Below, piece by piece: positions 10,185 through 16,905 of a DNA stretch of 64,000 bases (the stretch's first letter is position 1; each line of letters starts with the position of its first letter). Under the pieces are notes generated by a model that saw only the letters and a program-made list of their open reading frames with translations, was not told the DNA's origin and made no database searches. The stretch is from contig JAIQGL010000006.1 in the NCBI GenBank assembly GCA_020072585.1, positions 101,808 to 165,807 of the forward strand. The letters run 5' to 3'. Both the position numbers and the translations under genes were made by a program. Origin of the DNA: Terriglobia bacterium (GTDB lineage: Bacteria > Acidobacteriota > Terriglobia > Terriglobales > Acidobacteriaceae).

Positions 10185-10862
10185 ATGAAACCGATGTTGT
10201 CCCAGGAATGGCGCGCAACGAATACAACACAACGAAAGAACAAAGAGAGGTTTATTGTGGACCTACCGCAGGATGAACTTAGAGCGCTTTTGAATCTGGC
10301 GTTAGTAATACTTTTACCGATGGCCCCGGCCTTCGTGCTTTTTCGGGCGTTGCCGTCAACCGCGTCCGTTACAGGCCCGCTGCAAGGCCTGGATCTTAAG
10401 CTGGGTGGCGCCTTCGCCGGATACTTTGCTCTGCTGATCCTTGTTTTCGCCACCCACAATATATGGAACCCCTCCCCCGCAGGACAAGTATGGGAGGTCT
10501 CAGGGACAGTGGTAGCCGACGACGGAACCGTGATTCAGCAGCTGGATCCCAAGGACATAGGAGTGATTCCAAACAGCTTCAATACCTATGCTGACGGTAC
10601 GTTTACTCTTACAGTCTCAACCATGCCCACGCAGGGCGGCGGCATAGCCTTTCCGCGTGTGATGGTGGGATTTCCAAATTTTCAAACAACGACAATCCCG
10701 CTTGATCCCTCTGAGGTTGCGGCAGCCCATCTGCAACTGGCAAGGGATGAAACCAGGCACCAAATCCGGATTCCTCCAATCCACCTTAAGAGGCTTCCAG
10801 AATATTCCGCCGGTGCACATGCAGAGAAAGATCTGATTGCCACGAAAGGAACACCACGATGA
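10185..10862 (+). CDS. Membrane protein with two TM helices and a C-terminal beta-sandwich-like domain; start uncertain (alternative GTG near 10257)
   Basis: Hydrophobic segments LALVILLPMAPAFVLF and GAFAGYFALLILVFA. C-terminal VSGTVVADDGTV...DGTFTLTV resembles carboxypeptidase-regulatory folds. Confidence 0.5.
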   Translation: MKPMLSQEWRATNTTQRKNKERFIVDLPQDELRALLNLALVILLPMAPAFVLFRALPSTASVTGPLQGLDLKLGGAFAGYFALLILVFATHNIWNPSPAGQVWEVSGTVVADDGTVIQQLDPKDIGVIPNSFNTYADGTFTLTVSTMPTQGGGIAFPRVMVGFPNFQTTTIPLDPSEVAAAHLQLARDETRHQIRIPPIHLKRLPEYSAGAHAEKDLIATKGTPR

Positions 10863-11218
10863 AAAAGTTGCATTTTGCCAGAGCCAGGCTAATGAGATTT
10901 GGCGCGATCCTGCTCCTGGTTCTACTTCTAATGACGGGATTTGCCAGCGCCGCCACGGTGCGAGGGCAACTAAACCGCCGTGCTGGAACCAGTGCCGCGC
11001 CGGCAGCCGGCATCTGCATTACGGTTTACAAGCCTGCTGGAGGAAGGTCGCCCAGGGCATGCAGTGACTCTCAGGGTATGTACTACCTGCCGAACATAGC
11101 ACCAGGGGATTACCAGCTTGAAGTCTGGACATCACAAGACCCTAGAGTTCAGCCTATACGATATCCGGTCAAGGTTGCTGAGCCCTATACGGATATTCAA
11201 CCGGTTATAGTACCGTAG
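10859..11218 (+). CDS. Secreted small protein with carboxypeptidase-regulatory-like fold
   Basis: ATGA overlap with the upstream gene. Signal peptide MKKLHFARARLMRFGAILLLVLLLMTGFASA. GDYQLEVW motif. Confidence 0.55.
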   Translation: MKKLHFARARLMRFGAILLLVLLLMTGFASAATVRGQLNRRAGTSAAPAAGICITVYKPAGGRSPRACSDSQGMYYLPNIAPGDYQLEVWTSQDPRVQPIRYPVKVAEPYTDIQPVIVP

Positions 11219-11286
11219 GATGCTTCCGTCCAAGTTGCCCGGCCCAGGGAGATGAGTGAGCAAAGCTGCTCACCGGGAGAAACAAA

Positions 11287-11316
11287 CCCCGCCTTTTTTC
11301 GGCGGGGTCTGTTTTT
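11287..11316 (+). terminator. Rho-independent terminator after the 9.6-11.2 kb operon
   Basis: CCCCGCC-TTTTTTC-GGCGGGG stem-loop followed by TCTGTTTTT. Confidence 0.6.
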
Positions 11317-11326
11317 GGGGCTGGAT

Positions 11327-11392
11327 TTAATGTTTTCGTCGTTGTTTGGGGGAGTGGACTTTTGAGTCGCTTTTCAATGGCAACGCGGACTT
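11327..11392 (-). pseudogene. Remnant of the 3' end of a paralogue of the 7187..7492 gene
   Basis: Aligns by eye with 7187..7252, including the ...PKQRRKH-stop tail. It carries one extra G that shifts the frame, and homology ends abruptly at GCGGACTT. Confidence 0.6.
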
Positions 11393-11511
11393 ACATGGAT
11401 GCTCCATGAACGATTGCAGCAGCGTGAAATGTGTTCGGCCCTCGGGATGGCACCTTCTCACTAGACGCGCTAACCCAACCCGGAGCATATTGTTGGGAGA
11501 CCGTTATCACA

Positions 11512-11598
11512 GTCCCGCATAGCGGGACGGTTGGCAGTAGCCCGCCGTTTCAACGGCGGGGAAACTTGGGAAAATAAGCCGAGTCCCCTTCAGGGGAC
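11512..11598. repeat. Left REP-like hairpin cluster (H1-H2-H3)
   Basis: Three perfect short palindromic hairpins at 11512-11528, 11541-11560 and 11583-11598. Confidence 0.85.
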
Positions 11599-11646
11599 GA
11601 CTGAAGGGTTTAAGACCAAGCTTTGTCGCGTTACAATGCGCAGTGC

Positions 11647-12093
11647 ATGTCTCATAACTATTGCAGCATCCTTGTTCATTGTGTTTTTTCCACCAAAGAG
11701 CGCAGGCTGTTAATCCCTGCCGATATGAAGGGGAGGATCTGGCCTTACATGGCCGGGATCGCGCGTCAGAATAAATTCAAAGCTCTGGCAGTGGGTGGCA
11801 TGCAGGACCATGCGCATGTGCTTTTGTCTCTGCCTCCAACCATTCTCGTCGCTAAAGCCGTACAGTTGATCAAAGGCGGATCTTCAAAATGGATCAACGA
11901 CCATCTTACACGCCGGTCGTTTGACTGGCAGGATGGGTACGCAGCTTTCAGCATAGGAGTTTCACAGCTCCAGAACACAATCCGCTATATCGATAACCAG
12001 GAAAGACACCACGCAAAGATGAATTTCGCGGAGGAATTGGAAAAGATGCTGGAGCGCCATGGCATCCAGCCGTTTTCTGGATCGCGCGATTGA
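11647..12093 (+). CDS. Y1 (HUH) transposase, IS200-like / REP-associated tyrosine transposase
   Basis: HUH motif in QDHAHVLLS. C-terminal IRYIDNQERHH carries the candidate catalytic Tyr. Size ~148 aa from the ATG at 11647. Confidence 0.85.
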   Translation: MSHNYCSILVHCVFSTKERRLLIPADMKGRIWPYMAGIARQNKFKALAVGGMQDHAHVLLSLPPTILVAKAVQLIKGGSSKWINDHLTRRSFDWQDGYAAFSIGVSQLQNTIRYIDNQERHHAKMNFAEELEKMLERHGIQPFSGSRD

Positions 12094-12114
12094 AATCCCG
12101 CTCCGTTTTCAGCC

Positions 12115-12201
12115 GTCCCCTGAAGGGGACTGGTTCTTCCTTCCCAGCTTTCCCGCCGTTGAAACGGCGGGCTACTACGAGCCGTCCCGCTGACGCGGGA
12201 C
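12115..12201. repeat. Right REP-like hairpin cluster (H3'-H2'-H1')
   Basis: GTCCCCTGAAGGGGAC, CCCGCCGTTGAAACGGCGGG and GTCCCGCTGACGCGGGAC. The reverse complement aligns with 11512..11598 over its whole length. Confidence 0.85.
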
Positions 12202-12340
12202 TGGATTCCAATGGCAAGTGCGGACAAGATAACTCGGCAGCCAGGTAGAGCGCAGGGGGAAGCCGGCTATGTAGAATCCTTTGGCATGGCTGAATTCTAT
12301 TCGCCTTGAATCACAGAAAGTATGGTTCTGTACAATTCAT

Positions 12341-12700
12341 TCATTTGGGCTTCCGAATTAAGATCGAGCTGGGACGTATCATAGCGCAAAAGATCGATCC
12401 CCATAACAGTCGTGAATCTGCTTCTAACTTATCCCAAAAAATTTGAGTTAGCCCGCCAGGTAGACCGTTCAATTCGTCTAGATATAGACCGGTATGCTCA
12501 ACGAACAAGAGCTCACCGAGTCGCTGAAAGGCCTTTGATGCCTTGTCTTTGACTAGCCGCTTTGTATCGTCCGTTTGGAGTTCTTCGATAGTGTAGAGAT
12601 CTGGAGACACTATCACCCCCTGCGGAGCGAGAATAGCCTTAGCTTCTTCAAGTTTGTGGGAGTTGCGAGAAACGAACCGGATTTCAATCGAACTTTTCAT
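12341..12700 (-). pseudogene. Ham1/RdgB (ITPase) family N-terminal fragment, probably truncated
   Basis: IRFVSRNSHKLEEAKAIL...LFVEHTGLYLDELNGLPGGLTQIFWDKL matches the N-terminal two-thirds of non-canonical purine NTP pyrophosphatases. The ORF stops at 119 aa against ~190-200 expected. I saw no continuation in other frames. Confidence 0.5.
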
Positions 12701-12763
12701 TTCGTGCAGAAATCAAGGCCCGTAGCGATTGAGCGATTATTTTATCAGGAATCATCTTTTTGC

Positions 12764-12792
12764 TCGACAATTCGCTCCAGTTTCGCTATAGT
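12764..12792 (+). promoter_or_regulatory. Candidate sigma-70 promoter (TCGACA-17 nt-TATAGT)
   Basis: -35 TCGACA at 12764-12769, a 17-nt spacer, and -10 TATAGT at 12787-12792. Confidence 0.35.
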
Positions 12793-13058
12793 ATGGCTGG
12801 TAATACCCGAGAGCGGCGTCGGCGGGGGGAACCCGGAAAGGCCTGCAACCCGGAAGCGGCAGCTAGCGCACAGTCCCGCTAGTGGAGACGGCTTCAAAGA
12901 GCGCACTGGAAGTGTGCCTGAACGGCGGCGGAGCCGCCGTTAGCTCTTAGCCGTTAGCTTTTAGCTCTTAGTAAAAACAAAATCAAAGTCAAAATCCAGC
13001 CATTAGCACTTAGCCCTTAGCAAGATCAAGAACAACCCCCAAAATCAAATTCAAAAGG

Positions 13059-13083
13059 ACCGCCCTGATGGGCGGTTTTTTTA
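13059..13083 (+). terminator. Intrinsic terminator/attenuator immediately upstream of the 13100 gene RBS
   Basis: ACCGCCC-TGAT-GGGCGGT stem followed by TTTTTTT. The GGAGAAAG RBS begins 3 nt later. Confidence 0.6.
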
Positions 13084-13099
13084 TTGGAGAAAGAAGACC

Positions 13100-13996
13100 A
13101 TGAGCAGACCTTTTAACCATCCGATGAGCCGTGAAGAAGTGATGGCGGCGATTATGGAGTGCACGGAAAAGCTGGGCCATGTGCCGAGCTATGTGGAGCT
13201 GACGAGGACAACCAAGGTCAGCAGCCGGGCGATTGTGCGGCATTTTGGCACATTCACGCGGGCGCTGCGGGCCTGCAATCTGGAGCGGCATTGCGGCGGG
13301 CAGAGATTGCCAATGGAGAAACTGCTGGGGGACTGGTGCCGGGTGGTGCGGGAGCTGAAGAAGATCCCCAGCAAAGCGGAATACGTGCATCTGGGGCAGC
13401 ACAGCCCGACGCCGCTGAAGGAGCGTTTTGGACGCTGGAGCCAGGTGCCGAGGGGCACGAGGCTCCATCTGGAAGAGCAAGGCCGGACGGAAGAATGGAC
13501 AGATGTGGTTGATCTGATAAGGGAGTATGAACAGGGCCGGGATGGGCTGGAGAGGCTGGCCCAGGATTGTGCACAGCAAGATCCCAGCCTTATAAACCCC
13601 AGCCTTACAAAACCCAGGATTATTCAACCCAGCATCATTAAACCCAGGATTATGAAAGACCGTCCCCTGTATGGACCCCTGGTACGGCCGTATCCGCTAA
13701 TCCATGGGCCGATGAACGAAGCCGGGGTGATTTACCTGTTTGGCACGCTCTCTGAAAAGCTGGGCTTTGTAGTGACACGGATCCAGGGCGAGTTTCCGGA
13801 TTGCGAGGCGATGCGGCTGGTGGATGAAGACCGGTGGCAACGGGTGAGGATTGAATTTGAATACGAAAGCAGAAACTTTTTGAAACATCTGCATGACGTG
13901 AATGGATGCGACCTGATTGTGTGCTGGAAGCATAATTGGCCGGAGTGCCCGCTGGAGGTAGTGGAGCTGAGCAAGATCGTGGGGCAAATCGGGTGA
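13100..13996 (+). CDS. Homing-endonuclease-associated-repeat (HEAR) protein with C-terminal PD-(D/E)xK-like nuclease domain
   Basis: Two N-terminal repeats fit the HEAR pattern (EEVMAAIMECTEKLGHVPSYVEL...IVRHFGTFTRALRACNL and EKLLGDWCRVVRELKKIPSKAEYV...LKERFGRWSQV). The C-terminus FPDCEAMR...VRIEFEYESRNF...CDLIVCWKHNW resembles restriction-endonuclease-like cores. Confidence 0.6.
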   Translation: MSRPFNHPMSREEVMAAIMECTEKLGHVPSYVELTRTTKVSSRAIVRHFGTFTRALRACNLERHCGGQRLPMEKLLGDWCRVVRELKKIPSKAEYVHLGQHSPTPLKERFGRWSQVPRGTRLHLEEQGRTEEWTDVVDLIREYEQGRDGLERLAQDCAQQDPSLINPSLTKPRIIQPSIIKPRIMKDRPLYGPLVRPYPLIHGPMNEAGVIYLFGTLSEKLGFVVTRIQGEFPDCEAMRLVDEDRWQRVRIEFEYESRNFLKHLHDVNGCDLIVCWKHNWPECPLEVVELSKIVGQIG

Positions 13997-14013
13997 TCGC
14001 ACGTGATCGGGTA

Positions 14014-14238
14014 ATCGGGGGATCGGAAAAGCAAAATCTCACCGCGGAGGCGCGGAGACGCGGAGAAGAGCGGGAAAACCAAAACCTTACCGCTGATCAA
14101 CGCTGATGACACGGATTGGGATCGGGGGATCGGAAAAGCGAAATCTCACCGCGGAGACGCAGAGACGCGGAGAAGAGCGGAAAACCAAAACCTTACCGCT
14201 GATCAACGCTGATGACACGGATTGGGATCGGGGGATCG
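14014..14238. repeat. Tandem repeat, ~107-bp unit, 2 full copies plus the start of a third
   Basis: Units at 14014-14120 and 14121-14226 differ at only a few bases. A third unit begins at 14227 (ATCGGGGGATCG) and then diverges. Confidence 0.9.
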
Positions 14239-14488
14239 CGCATGATCGGGTGATCTGGTGATCGGAAAAGCAAAACACTTTTACCGCAAAGGGCACGAAG
14301 GAACACGAAGGGAGCGCGGGAATCGCAGGCGAGGGCGCCTGCGGTCCAGCGATTCGGATCCCATTTGCACCTCATCCCTATTTCCTGTAAACCTTGTCAC
14401 TTAACCCCTGCAAGCCCGTTTTGGAGCGTGGACCGGGGTTATTGAACGAAAGCAAGACCATGTACGTATCCTTTGTTGGGGAGACTGC

Positions 14489-15091
14489 TTGGAAGAGCAA
14501 CAAACAGGGGCCCTTGTTCGCCGATGCCTGGCAGGCGATGCCGGAGCATGGGAGGAGATTGTGCGTCTACATAACCGGCGTATTTACAACCTGTGTTACC
14601 GGTTTACCAACTCTCCGGATGACGCGCAGGACCTGACACAGGAGGTTTTTATCAGGGTTTACCGGACGATGGGCAGCTATCACGTTGAAAAAGGGGCATT
14701 TACCACGTGGCTGACCACCCTGACGAGGAACCTGCTGGTGGACCACTTCCGGCGGTCAAAGCAGGACCGGGTGACGGATTCGATTGATGCGGGGCTGAGG
14801 GAAGAGGACGATTCACTCTCATTAAGTGACCGGCTGGAGGATCCGCGGCCCAATCCGGACGACAGGCTGGCCAGCAAAGAGACCCAGAAGATGGTGCAGC
14901 TGGCGCTGGCGAGGATCAGTCCGGACCTGCGGGAAGCAGTGATTCTACGGGACTTACAGGATATGGACTACAAAGAGATTGCCCAGGTGTTACGGGTGCC
15001 GGAGGGAACGGTGAAGTCGCGAATAAACAGAGGAAGAATGGAACTTGCGCGATTACTTTCTCGTAATAAAAAGCAGGCAAGCAATGAATAA
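14489..15091 (+). CDS. ECF-type RNA polymerase sigma factor
   Basis: Region 2 (DAQDLTQEVFIRVYR) and region 4 (LREAVILRDLQDMDYKEIAQVLRVPEGTVKSRINRGR). TTG start. Confidence 0.9.
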   Translation: MEEQQTGALVRRCLAGDAGAWEEIVRLHNRRIYNLCYRFTNSPDDAQDLTQEVFIRVYRTMGSYHVEKGAFTTWLTTLTRNLLVDHFRRSKQDRVTDSIDAGLREEDDSLSLSDRLEDPRPNPDDRLASKETQKMVQLALARISPDLREAVILRDLQDMDYKEIAQVLRVPEGTVKSRINRGRMELARLLSRNKKQASNE

Positions 15092-15812
15092 AGACTTCAA
15101 AAACGGAATGGAATGCAGCGAGTTTGAATCTCTGCTGGCTGAGGCGCTGGATGACGCGCTGGCAGCTGAGAATCGCAAGGCGTTCGATCAGCATGGCCGT
15201 ACCTGCCCGGTATGCGGACCGCTGTTTGCGGAAACCCGGGAAGGCATGCTGATGATCCAGGGGCTGGCGGAGCTGGAGCCACCCAAAAATCTGGTGCACA
15301 ACATACTGGTGGCGACCAGCAGGAAACTGGCCGAGACTGAGGCATCGGGCGAGGTGGAGAAGGCGGGATGGCTGGAGCGCCTGCGGTGGAGTTTACGTCC
15401 GCGGATGGCCTGGCTGATGCACTCGCGCTTTGCCATGTCATTCGCCATGGCGTTCTTCTCACTCAGCATTACGCTCACGCTGGCAGGAGTGAGAATCTCT
15501 GATATCAAGAACATTGATATGCATCCGAATGCGCTGAGAAAAAGCTTTGTGCTGGGCTTTACCCACATGGAAGCCAAAGTCACCAGCTACTACGAGAACA
15601 TGCGACTGGTTTATCAGGTACAGGCCAAGGTTCGGGAACTGAAAAAGAACACGGCCCCTGCTCCGGGATCGAACAATGAGAACCGGCAGCAGAATCGGAA
15701 GTCGGCGCCGGAGGATGGCGGACGTCCGAAGCAGTATGAGAATTACAGCCGCGAGCGCGATGGCAGTGTGATCGCCGAAACTTTTACGAGGCACGAAGGA
15801 GCCCAAATATGA
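15084..15812 (+). CDS. Anti-sigma factor, zf-HC2 (ZAS) type, single-pass membrane protein
   Basis: The ATG at 15084 overlaps the end of the sigma gene. H-x3-C-x2-C motif in DQHGRTCPVCG. Central TM helix FAMSFAMAFFSLSITLTLAGV. Confidence 0.75.
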   Translation: MNKDFKNGMECSEFESLLAEALDDALAAENRKAFDQHGRTCPVCGPLFAETREGMLMIQGLAELEPPKNLVHNILVATSRKLAETEASGEVEKAGWLERLRWSLRPRMAWLMHSRFAMSFAMAFFSLSITLTLAGVRISDIKNIDMHPNALRKSFVLGFTHMEAKVTSYYENMRLVYQVQAKVRELKKNTAPAPGSNNENRQQNRKSAPEDGGRPKQYENYSRERDGSVIAETFTRHEGAQI

Positions 15813-16540
15813 ACTGCGCCATACACAATCAAACCCAGGCGGTAGCATACTGCCGTACCTGCGGGAAAGCCCTTTGTGAAGACTGTAGGCGCGATGTCAT
15901 GGGTGCCATCTACTGCGAACCGTGCATCGCTGCACGGCTGCAGGGCCAGCCAACTCCCGGAGCAACCGTTGCACCTCCGCCGCCCGTGCCCATGCCTGGA
16001 GCGCCCAACCCCACAATCGCAGGCTTGTTAGGGTTTATTCCTGGCGTCGGGGCAATGTATAACGGCCAATTTGCTAAGGCCTTTGCGCACGTTGTGATTT
16101 TCGTATTGCTGATCGTTGCCACGGACAGGTTTAATCTTTTAGGTGTGTTGATTGCGTTCTTTGTCTTGTACATGGCATTTGAGGCTTATAAGACTGCTGA
16201 AGCCAAGCGCATGGGCATCCCCGCGCCCGATCCTCTGGGCCTGGACAAGATGTTTGGCGTGCAGGACTCGCAGGCTCATCACTCTTCTGGTCCTGTAGCG
16301 GCAAACACCGCTGCGTATCCGCCAATTTCGGCGCAGCCGCTCCAGGTTGAACCGCCGCCACCACCGCGGGACAATGCACCTATCGGCGCCATCGTACTGA
16401 TTGGGCTTGGGGTTCTGTTTCTTCTCGATAATCTGGGCATTTTCCGCATGCACCACTTGTGGCCATTGTTCCTGATCGGCATAGGACTGTGGATCGCGTA
16501 CAAGCGCACCAGCCAGCCCGGCGTAGGAGGCTCTCGATGA
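15809..16540 (+). CDS. B-box-type zinc-finger / TM2-domain membrane protein
   Basis: ATGA overlap with the anti-sigma gene. N-terminal CAIHNQTQAVAYCRTCGKALCEDCRRDVMGAIYCEPC. TM2-like GFIPGVGAMYNGQFAKAFAHVVIF. C-terminal LiaF-N-like TM pair. Confidence 0.6.
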   Translation: MNCAIHNQTQAVAYCRTCGKALCEDCRRDVMGAIYCEPCIAARLQGQPTPGATVAPPPPVPMPGAPNPTIAGLLGFIPGVGAMYNGQFAKAFAHVVIFVLLIVATDRFNLLGVLIAFFVLYMAFEAYKTAEAKRMGIPAPDPLGLDKMFGVQDSQAHHSSGPVAANTAAYPPISAQPLQVEPPPPPRDNAPIGAIVLIGLGVLFLLDNLGIFRMHHLWPLFLIGIGLWIAYKRTSQPGVGGSR

Positions 16541-16905
16541 CGCTCTATATCAGAAACCGAAACTGCCCGTGCGTCCGCTGCCGTGCGCAGGGGTTGATGG
16601 GCGCCGCCATACTGATAACCCTGGGCGTGCTGTTCCTGATGGAAAACTATGGAGTAGTTTCCTTTGATCGCAGCTTCCCTGTGCTTCTGCTGGTGATTGG
16701 CTGCATGCTGCTGATCTCACGCACCGGCTCAACGGAAGGGCACATTGAACGCGGCTGGATTCAGGGTCCCGTCACACCAGCGCAGCCTTCGCAGCCATAT
16801 AACACGACTGGTGTGGTTCCTCCGCCACCACCCCAGCAATTTACGCCCGGAGCAGGCAATGCGCCTTCGTCATCCGGACCAAATGATTCGCAGGTGAAAC
16901 CATGA
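16537..16905 (+). CDS. Small membrane protein (LiaF-N/DUF5668-like TM pair, Pro-rich tail)
   Basis: ATGA overlap with the upstream gene. GAAILITLGVLFLMENYG and FPVLLLVIGCMLLISR helices. Confidence 0.55.
   Translation: MTLYIRNRNCPCVRCRAQGLMGAAILITLGVLFLMENYGVVSFDRSFPVLLLVIGCMLLISRTGSTEGHIERGWIQGPVTPAQPSQPYNTTGVVPPPPPQQFTPGAGNAPSSSGPNDSQVKP

Larger units (their letters stand above)
11512..12201 (+). mobile_element. RAYT / IS200-IS605-like Y1-transposase unit bounded by ~87-bp inverted ends, each made of three hairpins
   Basis: The left end has hairpins GTCCCGCATAGCGGGAC, CCCGCCGTTTCAACGGCGGG and GTCCCCTTCAGGGGAC. The right end has the same three in mirrored order (12115..12201). Confidence 0.8.

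Noticed and set aside
11531-12227. ORFs 11531..11713, 11948..12217 and 11985..12227 (ARRFNGG and SPLQGT peptides)
   Set aside because: They read through the REP hairpins flanking the Y1 transposase. The palindromic sequence gives open frames on both strands, so these are not genes.
12820-12870. SRP (4.5S) RNA because of CCCGGAAGCGGCAGC resembling the domain IV GGAA tetraloop region
   Set aside because: The 5' strand lacks the complementary conserved AGGUCAGG-type sequence and the helix cannot be closed. The region more likely consists of degenerate REP hairpins.
13997-14310. CRISPR array
   Set aside because: The repeats are long (107 bp), directly abutting, and have no unique spacers. No cas genes occur in the window.
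13650-14375. Several 60-130 aa minus-strand ORFs across the tandem repeat
   Set aside because: They are translations of the repeat units (for example the SPDHPIT and LISVDQR peptides), have no starts with RBS, and overlap each other in several frames.
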